From Mobula hypostoma (lineage: Eukaryota): a stretch of DNA of 64,000 bases. The notes beneath the pieces were generated by a model that was not told where the DNA came from, did not search any database, and saw only the letters and a program-made list of their open reading frames with translations. The stretch lies in contig NC_086097.1 in NCBI RefSeq assembly GCF_963921235.1, forward strand, positions 28,336,001 through 28,400,000. Direction: 5' to 3'. A program made the position numbers and the translations under genes. Below, one piece after another: positions 51,032 to 64,000 of the stretch (the stretch's first letter is position 1; the number at the start of each line of letters is the position of its first letter).

Positions 51032-52611
51032 CAGTGGTGCTAGAAAGTTTGTAGAACCCTGTAGAATTTTCTCTGTTTTTGCATAAATATGACTTAAAAT
51101 ATGATCAGATCTTCACCTAAGTTCTAAAACTAGATAAAGAGAACCCAATTAAATAAATAACACAAAATACATTATATTTGTTCATTTATTTATTTATTGA
51201 GAAAAGTGATCCAATATTACATGTTGTTGGAAAAAGTATGTGAACCTCTGGGATAATGCGTTCTACAAAAGCTATTTGGAGACAGGCGTTCCAATCAATG
51301 AGATGAGATTGGAGGTGTAGGTTGCAGAGGTGCTCTGCCCTATAAAAAAGACACACAAAATCAGGTCACTGACAGAGCCTGCTCTTCTTAAGAAAGATCT
51401 GCTTACGTGTACCATGCCTCGATCAAAACAGCTTTCGGAGGACCTTAGAAGAAAAATTGTAGTGATGCACGAAGCTGGAAAAGTGTTCATCTGTCTACAG
51501 AAAGAGAAATTGCCTACAAATGGAGGAAATTCAGTACTGTTGCTATTCTTCCTAGGAGTGGGCATCCTGCAAAGATCACACCAAGAGCACAATGTGCAAT
51601 GCTGAAAGAGGTGAAAATCAACCCAAGGATAACAGCAAAAGGCCTACAGAAATCTCTAGATCTTGCTAAAGTCTCTTCCCATGTATCCACTATAAGAAAA
51701 ACACTGAACAAGAATGGTGTTCATGGAAGGACACCATGGAGGAAACCACTGCTCTGCAAAAAACATTGCTGCATTGCTCAAGTTTGCATAAGACCACCTG
51801 GATGTTCTACCACGCTTCTGAGACAATGTTCTGTGAACAGATGAAACAAAGGTTGAACTTTTTGGCAGAAATGCACATTACTATATTTGGAGGAAAAAAA
51901 CCACTGCACACTAACACCAAAACCGCATCCCAACTGTGAAACACGGTGGAAGGAGCATCATGGTTTGGGGCTGCTTGGCTGCCTCAGGGCCTGCACAGCT
52001 TACATTTGTTGAGGGAAGAATGAATTCAAAATTGCATCAAAACATTTTACAGGAGATTGTCAAAGTAGCAGTCCATTACCTGAAGCCTGATAGAAGTTGG
52101 ATAATGCAACAAGACAATAATCCAAAAGACAAAGAGTAAATCAACAACAGAATGATTTAAAAAAAAGAAAATTTGTGTTTTGGAATGGCCAAGTCAAAGT
52201 CCTGACCTTAATCCTATAGAAATCTTGTGGAAGGACCTGAAGCAAGCAGTTCATGCAAGGAAGCCCTCCAACATCCCAAAGTTGAAGCAGTTTTGTAAGG
52301 AGGAATGGCCTAAAATTCCTCCAAACGGCTGTGCAGGACTGATCAACAGTTACTGGAAACCTTTGGTTAAAGTTATTGCTGTACAAGGAGCCACACCAGT
52401 TACTGAAAACAAAGGATCACACTTTTTCCAACAAATACATATAGTATTAGATCATTTTTCTCAATAAATAAGTGAAAAAGTATAATGCGTACTTGTGTTA
52501 TTTAATTGGGTTCCCTTTATCTAATTTTAGGACTTACGTGAAGATCTGGACACTTATTTATGCAGAAGTAGAGAAAATCCTACAGTATTCACAAATTTTC
52601 TAGCACCACTG
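51032..52611 (+). mobile_element. Full-length Tc1 DNA transposon with long (~200 bp) TIRs, inactive
   Basis: Ends CAGTGGTGCTAGAAA / TTTCTAGCACCACTG; TA at left, TG at right (decayed TA TSD); inserted in a Penelope terminus. Confidence 0.95.
51414..52410 (+). pseudogene. Tc1 DD34E transposase, frameshifted
   Basis: MPRSKQLSEDLRRKIV, TDETK remnant, [31 protein letters not shown]. Confidence 0.9.
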
Positions 52612-53141
52612 TGTGGAGGGGAATAACTAGTTGACATTTCAGGCAGAGACCTTTCATCAGAATTGAAATGATTCACTACATTACTGTCAGGGAACGTTTG
52701 TCTATAAGCCAAATAAAGAAACATTAGAGGAAGTGACAGAAACTTAGAAGAAGGCGTCTTGAGATTCCCCCAGGTGCTTTAGAGTTCTGTTATATTTTCA
52801 CTGTTCTAACATGGCTAACCACGTGGAAGGTGTTATTCATTGTAGTTACTCAATGTGGAGGAGGTGCAAGTGACAGGTGATGACTGATATCAGAGGATGC
52901 AGTAAAGACTAAAAATGGGGAGGTGTTTGTTGTATTGTGTTGAAATTGTGGTTATTACAACATTGGCAGGAAACTACTTTGGAGACACTGACTCCAGAAG
53001 CTCTCTCTGGTGTGGGTTTGATAAGACACCAGCTTCACATTTGTATGAGCACATGGAAAATTCCACCTTAATGACGGGTTCCAAGAAGACTGGGGTGATT
53101 TCCCTGGCTGCTGCTTGGATTAGAGAGCATGTTATATGGAG

Positions 53142-55435
53142 ATAGAGTCATAGAGAAGTACAGCACAGAAATAGGTCCTTCAGCCCATCTAGTCCATGCC
53201 AAAGCCATTTAAACTGCCTATTCCCAATGACCTGCAATGGGACCATAGACCTCCGTACCCTTACCATCCATGTATCCATCCGCACTTCTCTTAAACGTTG
53301 GAATCGAGCTCACATGCACCACTTGTGCTGGCAGCTCATTCTGCATTCTCACCAACCTCTCAGTCAAGAGGTTTCCCCTCATGTTCCCCTGAAACTTTTC
53401 ACCTTTCACCCTTAAGCCATGACCTCTGACTGTAGTCCCACCCAATTTCAATGGAAAAAGCCTGCTTGCATTTACCCTTTCTATACCCCTCATAATTTTA
53501 TATACCTCTATCAAATCTCCTTTCAGTATTCTACATTCTAAAGAATACAGTCCTAACCTATTCAATTTTTCCTTATAACTCAGGTCCTCCAGACCCAGCA
53601 ACATCCTTGTAAATTTTCTCTGTACTCTTTCAACCTTGTTTACACCAAAACGGCACACAATACTTCGGGTTAGGCCTCACCAATGTCTTATGCAACTTCA
53701 ACATAACATCCCATTTCTTGTACTCAATACGAAGTCCAATGTGCCAAAAATTTTCTTTACAACCCTATCTACCTGTGGTGCCACTTTCAACGAATTATGG
53801 ACCTTTCCATTCCTAGATCCCTTTGTTCTACCACACTCCTCAGTGCCCTACCCTTCACTGTGTAAGAACTATCCTGGTTGGTCCTACTGAAGTGGAAAGC
53901 ATCTCCTCCTCAGTAATCTGTACAGGGTCCATGAAGTTGATGCAGTTTTGCCTTACTTCTATAGAAACTGTATCTGTCTCCAGAGTAAATAAAGATGCAA
54001 AGAATTCATTTAAGATCTCCCCCATCTGTTTTGGCTCCACACATGAATTACCATTTGGGTCTTACAGAGGATCAATTTTGCAATCCTTTTGCTCTTATCA
54101 TATCTGTAGAATCCCTCAGGAACGTAGGAGCAACTTCATGTCTTCTTTTAGCCTTAAGTGTTTTCTTGCATTTCTAATACTCCATAAGCACCTTATTTGT
54201 TCCTACTTACCTATTCTCTTAACCAGGACCTCAATATTTCTTGAAAACAAAGATTACTTACACCTACCTTGTTATCTTTACCTTTTATTCTGACAGGCAC
54301 ACACAAGCTTTGTACTCTCAAAATTTCACATTTGAAGGCCTCCCACTTTCCAACTACACCTTTGCCCGAAAACAGCCTGTCCCAATCCATAATGGCCAGA
54401 TCATCTCTGATACCATCAAAATGGGCCTTTCTCCAATTTAGAATCTCATCCTGCGGACCAGACCTATCTCTTTGCATATTTACTTTGAAACTAATGGCAT
54501 TGTGGTCACTGGATGCAAAGTGTTCTACTACACAAAATGTCACCTCCCCCAATAGCAGATCCGGTATCGCACGCTCTCTCACTGGGACTTCTACGTACTG
54601 ATTAAGAAAACTTTCCTGAACACATTTGACAAACTCTATCCCATCAAGTCCTCTTACAGCATGGGATTCTCAGACAATATGTGGAAAGTTAGAATCACCT
54701 ACCATACCAACCTTATGTTTCTTGCTACAGACAAACTTATTCCTCTAAATCCCCAGGGCTGTTGGGTGGTCTGTAATATAGCCCCATTAACGTGGTCATG
54801 CCTTTCTTATTTGTCAGCTCCACCCATAATGCCTCACTAGTCGAGTTCTCCAGTCTGTCCTGATGGAGCACTCTGTGACATTTTCCCTGACTGGTAATGT
54901 CGCTCCTCCTCCTTTAATCCCTCCCACTCTGTCACATGTAAAACAGTGGAACCCTGGAATATTGAGCTGGCCATTCTGCCTCTTCTGCAACCAAGTCTCA
55001 CTAATGGTACAAAGTCATTATTCCAGGTGTTGGTCCATGTCCTGAGCTCATCTGCCTTTCCTACGATACGTCTTGCATTGAAATAGTTGATGCTCAGGAC
55101 ACTAGTTGCACCATGCTCAACCTTTTGATTCCTTCCGTACAGATCCCACGTTCCCTGGAAGAGAGACCAATGATCCAAAAATCTAATGGCCTCCCTCCTA
55201 CACCAACTCCTTAGCCATGTGTTAAACTGCATAATCTTCCTAGTTCTAGCCTCAGTAGCAAGTGGCTTGGTGAGCAGCCCTAAGATCACAACCTTGGAGG
55301 TCCTGCCCTTTAACTTAGCACCTAACTCCTTTCGCAGAACCTTGTCACTCATCCTACCCATATCATTGGCACCTACATGGACCACAATCTCTGGCTGTTC
55401 ACCCTCCCACTTAAGAATGCTGAGGACCTGATCCG
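53142..55435 (-). mobile_element. Old CR1 LINE, copy D (heavily deleted)
   Basis: HVGANDMG, RFLDHW, YFNARRI, SSDHNAISF, ERVQRKFTRML; ORF1/ORF2 junction deleted. Confidence 0.85.
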
Positions 55436-55705
55436 AGATCAGCAAGATTTTCCCTTTGGAATGAAGGAGAATTCGGGGGCAACTTGGTAGGGGTGTACAG
55501 AATGATAAGAGGCATAGATCAAGTGATAGGACGTATTGATAGAGTGGAGAACTTTTCCCAGGGTGGCACTGGCTAAAATGAGGGGGACGTAACTTGTGTT
55601 GGGAGGAAAGCATAGGGAGGATGTCAGAGGTGGGTTTTTTGCCCAGAGTGATAGTTACCATAGGTGGTGGTAGAGGCAGATACATTAGGGACATTTAAGA
55701 GACTC

Positions 55706-57435
55706 CCTTAGTAGACTCTATGAAGTATTTATTTAGTAGATGGAGTCCACTTACATTTTCACTTGTTGGTCGTATTCATATAGTTAAAATGATGATTTTA
55801 CCGAAATTTTTATATTTATTTCAGAATATTCCTGTTTTTTTGACTAGGAAGTTTTTTGATTGGATAGATTCTATTATTTTATCTTTTATTTGGAATAATA
55901 AAAGACCAAGAATTAGTAAATGTCATTTACAAAAACTGAAAAAGGATGGAGGTCTTGCTTTGCCTAATTTTAGAATGTATTATTGGGCTGTTAATCTGCG
56001 ATATATATCTTTTTGGTTATACTGGGTTGATAAGAGTGATCGGCCAATTTGGGTAGACCTGGAACTGAAAGTTGTAAAACAGTTTTATTTAACCTCGTTA
56101 TTGGGAGCTCCTTTACCTATGCAATTAGGTAAAGTTGTTAATTTAAACCTATATCCTGTGATTAAGTATTCTTTACAAATTTGGCTCCAGTTCCGCAATT
56201 TTTTTAATCTTAAAAAATTTAAACTTTGTAGTTTAATTTACCGAAATTACTTTTTTAAGCCTTCTTTGAGTGATCCAATTTTTTTACTTTGGAAAAATAA
56301 AGGTATTAATTCTTTTTTGGATTTATTTAAAGAAGATAGATTGATATCCTTTGAACAATTAATTGATAAATATTCTCTTTCATACTCACACTTTCTGCAA
56401 TACCTTCAAGTTAGAAATTTTTTACAAAAATATTTAAGTAATTTCCCTTACATATTGGAGGCTGACCTGTTAGATACTATTATGAGTATGACACCTTTGA
56501 TTAAGAATTTATAATTGGAAGAATTTATAATTTATTATTACAATTGGATAAGTGTCCTTTATCTAAGATTAAACAGGATTGGGAAAAGGCACTTAATTTG
56601 ACTTTTATGATGGAGGATTGGATGCGGATATTGAAGTTGGTTAATTCTTCTTCAATTTGTGCTAGCCATTCATTGATTCAATTTAAAATTGTACATCGTT
56701 GTCATTTGACAAAGGAGAGACTTTCTAAAATCTTTCCTAATGTTGATAGTCATTGTGATAGATGTAAAACTGAGATAGCTACACTGACACATATGTTTTG
56801 GTTTTGTTCTATATTGGAACAGTTCTGAAAGTTGGTTTTCTCAACAATTTCTAAAGCACTTAAAATTAATTTACAACCTAATAAATTAACTGTGCTTTTT
56901 GGAATAGTTCCTCAAAATATTCGTGGTATTTCTGTGTCTGACCAACATGTTATTGCATTTGTTACATTGATAGCTCGGAGGGCCATTTTGTTGAAGTGGA
57001 AGGATACATCAGCTCCCACTTTGTCACAATGGTTCTCTCAAGTGAAGCTATGTCTTAGTTTGGAGAAAATTAGAAGTCGAACCTTTGAACCTTTATTTGA
57101 TTTTGAGAAAAGACGGGGCTCATTTGCTCGTTGTTATCATTTGAGTTAATTGATATAATTTTCCCACGATCTAATTGTAAATTTTTTTAGTATATTTTCT
57201 TTTCTTGCTGGCGGTTTGATGTTTATTTTTAGAAGCTTTTTGTATGACCCGTGGCTCCGGGGTTGTACACCTAATGGGCTCTTTTTTTTTCTCACTTTTC
57301 TGCTCAGTAGATTTTTTTTTGTTATCACAAAATTTTGTTTTCGATCTTTAAGATGATGGTTTTTTTTGAGGCATTGTAAGTGTTACTTCCATGTACTCAT
57401 GTTATTTTTCCTGTATATACAATAAAAAGATTTGA
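55706..57435 (+). mobile_element. 5'-truncated L1-clade LINE (ORF2 C-terminal part)
   Basis: SLVGRIHIVKMMILPKFLYLF, FIWNNK, GGLALPN, CDRC..LTHMFWFC; AATAAA at 57421; TSD AAGAGACTC at 55697-55705 and 57436-57444. Confidence 0.92.
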
Positions 57436-57719
57436 AAGAGACTCTTAGATATGCATGGATGAAAGGAAAATGGAGGGATATGTGACAGTGAAGGATTAGA
57501 TTGATCTTAGAGTTGGTTAAAAGGCCACTTGGTCCCACTTCCCCTCCTCCTATTATTCCCTTCTGACCCCCATCCCTCCCATAAATGGTTCTGCTCATCA
57601 ACTTTCTCCCTTGGTAGTTTCTGTTCTCAGAGACTCTTTACTTTCTTCACTTATGGGTTCAGTGTGTCAGGCAGCATCTGCAGAGGGAATGGACAGTTGA
57701 CCCTTAAAAAAATGTAAGG

Positions 57720-57968
57720 GTAACATGGTAGCGTAGTGGTTAGGGTTACTCTATCACAGCACCAGCAACCTGGGTTCAAGTCCCACCTGTGCCTGTCAGG
57801 AGTGTGTATGCTCCCTCCGTGACCACGTGGGTTTCCTCAGGGTGCTCCGGTTTCGACACATTCAAAAGGCACGCAGATTAACAGGTTAATTGTTCACACT
57901 GACGTAAGTATGTGGGGTGCACTGTTTGGGCTGTTACCGTGCTGTACCTCTAAATAAAATAAATAAAA
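57720..57968 (+). mobile_element. tRNA-headed SINE
   Basis: A-box TAGTGGTTAG, B-box GGTTCAAGTCC, (TAAAA)n tail. Confidence 0.7.
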
Positions 57969-58484
57969 GTAATACAGATAGAAGGTAAATGCTGGAACTC
58001 CTACCTGAGTTGAGGTTTACTTCAGCCTCCGTACCAGCTTGTCCTCAGTGTTTGTTGCCTTGTGACTGCACGTGGATGAAAGCATTGGAGATACCATCTG
58101 ATAATCCTCGGGCTTTCTCTGTACAAATCTGCTGCCGTGTGTCGAAGCTGAGGTTCACCAGAAAAGCCTGCTGTGTGGGAGTGGTCAGCTCCACCGGCCG
58201 TGTGTCCCACTCACAAGTCCGAGTGGCTCCACACACTGATAACTCCTGCAGTGCTCTCTCCCCGAGTCCGATGTGGAGCCGTGGCAAAGGCGATCGGCCT
58301 CGGTGTAAATTCCCATTTTCCTCCTTGGCCTTCAGCGTTTAAACATTCCCGACCTGTTAAGATTTTAACTCCAGCGGGTCTTGGTTTCCACAATGTCAGT
58401 GACTGTCCCCCTGTCTGGCATGGGGAGGCACTTCCCAATGCCCTCTCCCCACCCTGAAACTCAAACAGCGACAACTCTCCACAT

Positions 58485-59240
58485 AGTTCATAGAACATAA
58501 AACTGCATAGCATAGTACCGGCCCTTCGATCCATAATGTTGTACTGACACTTTAACCCGCTCTAAGACCAATCGAACCCTTCCCCGTCACATAATCCTCC
58601 ATTTTCCTTTCATCCATGCATCAATCCAAGTCTCTCAAATGTCCCTAATGTATCTATGTCTACCAGCACCCCCAGCAGAGGGGTCCACAGACTCATGACT
58701 TTCTGTGTAAAAAAACTACCTCTGACATTCCCCCTATACGTTCCTACAAACAGCTTAAAATTATGCCTTCTCATAATAGCCACTTCAACACTGGGGAGAA
58801 AGTCACTAGCTATTCACTCTATCGATGTCTTCTTATCAACTTATACTCCTCCATCATGACACCTCTTTTACTCCTTCACTCCAAAGAGAAAAGCCCATTT
58901 GGAAGATCATAAGACATAGGAACAGAATTGGGCCATTCGGCCCCTCGAGTTTGCACTGCCATTTGATCATGGCTGGTTTACTGTCCTCCAGCCTTCTACC
59001 TGTAACCTTTGACTTCCTTACTAATTAAGAATCTATCGACCTCTGCTTTAAATATACCCAATGACATGGCCTCCAGAGCCATCTGCGGCAATGAATTCCA
59101 CAGGTTCACCACCCTCCTCATCTCTGTTCTAAAGGGACGTCCTTATATTGTGAGGCTGTGCCCTCTGGTCCTAGACTCTCCCACTATAGGAAATATCCTC
59201 TCCACGTCCACTCTATCTAGGCCTTTTAATATGTGATAGG
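58485..59240 (-). mobile_element. Two CR1 3' fragments
   Basis: Reverse complements of CR1 ORF2 end and 3'UTR. Confidence 0.65.
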
Positions 59241-60334
59241 TTCCCCACCCCCATTCTTCTTTGATTTTTAAACACTTTTCCTTTTGAACCAACTAGAAGC
59301 AAGTTTATTTCGGAAGCTAAATGTCAATGCTGAAGGGAAGTGGAAAAGAATGGGAGGGGAGTGAAGAAGAAAGAGTGAGTGAGTGTGAATGGCAGAAGAA
59401 AGTGCTTGCAGAGTAATCGAGAGAGGGCGATAGAGAGCTACAGAGAGCATTCCAGAGGCAGTGATAGAGTGATCCCAAAGGAAATTAGTGTCACAGATAG
59501 TAAGAGGCAGAGAGAATGAGAGCATGTGAGAGAGAGTTTGGGAGTAAAATAGAAAGGGAGAATAAGAGACTGAGAGTGAGGAACAACAGTACGAAAGAGA
59601 AAACCTGAGTGAGAAAAAGAAGTGTCAGGGAGAACAAATAAATACCCATACACATATGGTGACATACAGACACACACACACATGGGGATGTACACACAGG
59701 GAGACAGACAGACAGACGGACAGGCACATACGTCTTATAGTGATGGTTGCTATGCTTGTGTTCACTCAGAGGAAGGACAAGCAGGGCCAGGACAACATCC
59801 CATTCACCATCTGTCTAAGGGCCACGCTAATCAGGGACTTAGGCCATATTATTTTAGTGACTGTATGGTTTGCTGCTGTCATATCTATATGTGTCGTGTG
59901 CTATATGCAGTTGGTACTTTGTTTTGCCCCTTGGCCCCGGAGGAAAGCTGTTTCGTTTGGCTGTGTTTATGTATGGTTGAATGACAGTTCAACTAGATCT
60001 TGAACTTTAAAGTGCCAGAATCAAAAACAAAATTAAAAACTGTAGATCTGCAATTTACAAAATGAAATTGTGAAATGCTACAAACACTCAGCAGGTCAGA
60101 GAGAGAGAGAGAGAGAAAGACAGGGAGGGGAGAGGGGGAGAGGGAGGGAGAGAGGGAAAGGGGAGAATATTTCAAGTTATATCTGTTTCTGCGCCCCCCC
60201 CCCCACCACCACACACCGATGCTGCCTGACACATTTGGTATTTCTAACTTCTCTATCTATTTCAGAGAGTTGGCAGAGTGAAGAGAAGAGTTATCTGACA
60301 CATTTAGGGGAGAGGGTCCGTGACAGGTGGTAAC

Positions 60335-63300
60335 ATAGAACACGAAACACAGAAAACACAAAAATATAGCACAGGAATAGGCCCTTCAGCCCATCAAGTC
60401 TGTACTGAAAATGATACCAAATTAAACTAAAACTGCACATGGTCCATATCTCTCCAGAACCTGTGGGATCATGTGTCTATCCAAATGCAGCTTCAACACC
60501 TCTATTGTATCTGCCTCCACTAGCAACCCAGCAGCACATTCCAGGCCCCACCATTCTCTGTGTTAAAAAAATGCTGTCCCACACATCTCCTTTAAATATT
60601 CCCCCCTCACCTTAAATGCATTTTGTCTCGGATTTGACATTTCTGCCTTTGGGAAAAAAGGATTCTGAGTGTCTATCCTTTCATCATTTAAAACATTTCT
60701 GTCATGACTCTCCTCAACCTCTGATGGTTCAGAAAAAAAGCCATCCAAGTTTATCCAATGTTTCCTAATAGGTAATGCTCTCTAATCCAGGCAGCATCCT
60801 GGTGAACCTCTGCAGAACCCTCTCCAAACCCTCCACATCCTTCCTGTAAAGGGGTCACCAATCTTGCTCACAGTTCTCTAAGTGCGGCCTAACCAAATGT
60901 TTATACAGCTGCAACATGATTTTTTGACTCCTAAGACTATAAGACATAGGAGCAAAATTCAGCCATTCAGCCCTCAAATCTGCTTTGACATTCCATCATG
61001 TCTGATTTATCATCCCTCTCAACCTCATTCTCCTGCCTTCTCCCCATAACCTTTGATGCCCTGACTAATCAAGAAACTATCAATCTCTGCTTTAAATATA
61101 CCCAATGACTTGGCCTCCACAGCTACATGTGGCAATGAATTCCACAGATTCAACACCCTCTTGCTAAAAGAATTCCTCCTCATCACTGTTCTAAAGGGAC
61201 TTCCCTCTATTCTGAGGCTGTGCCCTCTGTCCCTAGACTTTCCCATGATTGGAAACATCCTCTCCATGTCCACTCTCTCTAAACCTTCAATATTCAATAG
61301 GTTTCAATGAGAATCCCCCTACCCCCATTCTTCTAAACTCCAGCAACGTATAGGTTTATAGCCATCAAACACTCCTCAACAGAAAGGGTAAACATGACGT
61401 TACCAATCTATATACCTATGTTACCACTTTCAGGCAGAAATACAATTGTATTTCTGTTATGTTGACCGTCCTGTTGTACATACTATTTATTACAAATTAC
61501 TATAAATTGTACATTGCACATTTGGATGGAGATGTAAGGTAAAGACTTTTACTCCTCATGTATATGAGGGATGTAAGTAATAAAGCCAATTCAATTCAAT
61601 TATGGATTTGGTTCTCTCTGTACATCAATGATGATAAGGGCCCTGTATGTTTTCCCTTTACATTTGACCTCCTAAAGCGGAACATCTTGCACTTGCCCAG
61701 AATAAACAAATCAGCCATTTGTCTGCCCATGTCTGCAACTGATTTTAATCCCAATCCATCCTATGGCAACCATCTTCACCGTCTGCAACTCCACCAATTT
61801 ATGTGTTTGCTCCAATTTTCTAACCATCTACATTTTCATCCAAATCTAAACCTGAACATCAGACACCCCAGTACTGATCATTGTAGAATACCACAAGTCA
61901 TGGACCTCCCCCCAGAGTAACAAACCTTCACCACTACCCTCTGAGTTTTATGAGCAAGCCAATTGTGAATCCAATCTACCAAGTCACACTGGATCCCATG
62001 TAGCTTCATCTCCTGAGTCAATCTACCATGAGAGACCTTGTGAAATGCCCTACCAGGGTCCATGTAGGCAACATGTATTGCCCTACCCTTATCTATCACC
62101 TTTGTCACATCCTCAAAACACTTAATCAAATATGTAGGCTATGATATCACCTGCACAGGGCCGCGCTCACTGTCCCTAATTAGCTCATACTTTTCCACAT
62201 GAGAGTTAGTCCTAAGAATCTGCTCCATTTGCTGTTGTACTACTGGTTTGAGGCTTACTGGCCTATAATTCTCTGGATTATCCCAATTTCCCTTCTTTAA
62301 CAATGGAAAAACATTGGCTACTCTCCTGTTTCCTGGGACTTCACCTTTTGCTAGTGAAACTACGAAGATAGAACATACAACATGGAACAAAGAACTGTAC
62401 AGCACAATACAGGTCTTTTGGTCCATGATGCTGTGCTAATTTTAAACTACTCCAAGATCAATTTAACTCTTCTCTCATATATAGCCCTTCATTTTTGTAT
62501 CCTTCATGTACCCAACAAAAAGGTTCGTAAATGTCTCTAATGTACTGTTTCTGCCTCTACCACCACTACTGGCAGGATGTACCACACTCACTACTCTCTT
62601 GGTAAAATCGTACCTCTAACATCTCCCCTGAACTTTCCTCTATTTACCTTAAAATTATGTGCCCTTGTATTAGCCATTTCCTGGCTAGAAATCTCTGACT
62701 ATCCACTCAATCTGTGCCCTTCAAAGTTCAAAGTAAATTTATTATCAAAGTAGCATATACGACACTGAAATTCATTTTCTTGCAAGCATTCACAATAAAT
62801 ATAAGAAACACAATAGAATTATCCTATCATCCTGTACACCTCTGTCAAGTTACCTCTCATCATTCCAAAGAGAAACATCCTAGCCTGCTCAGTTTATCCT
62901 GATAAGACATGCTCCCTAATCCAGGCAGCATTCTGGTAAATCTCCTCTCCGCCCTCTCTAAAGCTTCCACATCCTTCCTATAATGAGGTGACTAGAACTG
63001 AACTCTCCAAATGTGGCCTAACCAGAGTTTTATACAGCTGCAACATTATCTTGTCACTCTTGAACTCAATACCCTGACTAATGAAGGTCAACACAAAATT
63101 TGTCCTCTTAACCACCATATCAACTTGTGTAGCAACTTAGAGTGGTCTATGGATGTGGACCCCAAAATCCTTCAGTTCCTCCACACCGCTAAACAGATCT
63201 TAGTCAAGGCTTCAGCAATTTCCTCTCTTGCCTTTCTCAATGAACTGGGATTGATCCCATCAGGCTTTGGGGACTTATCCACCTTAATAATCTTCAAAAG

Positions 63301-63340
63301 ACCCAACACCACCTCCTTCTTGATCTCAAAATGCTCTAAC
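60335..63340 (-). mobile_element. Cluster of decayed CR1 fragments
   Basis: RGHSLRI..NLWNSLP, NYRPVSL, FHKVSHGRL motifs on minus strand in several pieces. Confidence 0.75.
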
Positions 63341-63554
63341 AGATTAGTATACTTCTCACCTCACCTTGAAGCCTGTGGTCCACCACTGTGAGCTGGCACT
63401 ACTGCATCTTGTCCAGTAAGGACGCTGTTCCACTTTCTTCAGCTACTGAAACCAAACTATTTAGCTTTAAGAATTCACCATCTGGTTACACATTAAACAG
63501 TAACTCCCACTAAGAACAAATTGGTTTACTGAGCATTCAGAATTGCTGGCAAGA

Positions 63555-63588
63555 CAAAGAGACAGACAGGGGGAGGGTGGGAGGGAGG

Positions 63589-63619
<31 letters not shown>

Positions 63620-64000
63620 GGAAAGACAGAAGGAGAGAGAGGGAAAGAGGGAGGGGGTGGAAGAGAGAGAGAGAGAGATGGAAAATGAAGGAAAATGGAG
63701 AGAAAAGGAGATTGAAAGCATGAGACAGAAAGAAGTATTACAGAGGGAGGCACAGAGATTGAAAGATAGAAGAACAGGGAGGGAGAGATTAATAGAGGAA
63801 GGAATAGAAAGGAAGAAAAATAGAGAAAGAGGAACAGTGGCAGATAGAGAAAATGGAATTGAAAGAGAGGGAGAAAGGTTGATAGAATGATAGAGGGAGA
63901 GCTCAAGTAATGAGATAATTGAAAGGGAGAGGGAGAAAGATCAGGGGGAGAGAGAGAGACGGAGATAATAAAATGGATTGAGAGAGGAAGAGAAGGAGAC
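63555..64000. repeat. Purine-rich low-complexity tract with (GA)n; similar tracts at 59330-59720 and 60095-60165
   Basis: G/A-rich strand with GA runs. Confidence 0.9.

Noticed and set aside
54837..55694. 285-aa minus ORF as a novel esterase fusion
   Set aside because: Chance chimera of antisense CR1 tail, deleted ORF1 esterase and endonuclease remnant
63543..63890. Glu/Arg-rich protein ORF
   Set aside because: Translation of GA low-complexity repeat

Overview
Eukaryotic, repeat-dominated genomic DNA. The repeat mix (CR1/HER1-type LINEs with SGNH-esterase ORF1, Penelope-like element ends, Rex/Babar remnants, tRNA-headed SINEs) suggests a cartilaginous fish, probably a ray; this is inference only. 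No intact host protein-coding gene could be identified, and nearly all long ORFs are transposon-derived. Contents: four large CR1 copies (one with ORF2 in a single frame broken by only two stops), a nested truncated CR1, a 5'-truncated L1 with TSD, a full-length long-TIR Tc1, a Gypsy gag/protease/LTR remnant, hAT MITEs, many Penelope 3' ends and SINEs, and a few unique islands with weak candidate exons and regulatory motifs. The most interesting signals are: (1) a correctly phased U_UUA_AAC/A slippery heptamer right before the ORF1 stop in three different CR1 subfamilies, with ORF2 opening in the -1 frame, suggesting programmed -1 frameshifting; (2) minimal type I hammerhead ribozyme motifs in Penelope termini, including inverted pairs and a minisatellite seeded from the ribozyme core; (3) a CpG-rich ~670 bp non-coding retroposon present twice.
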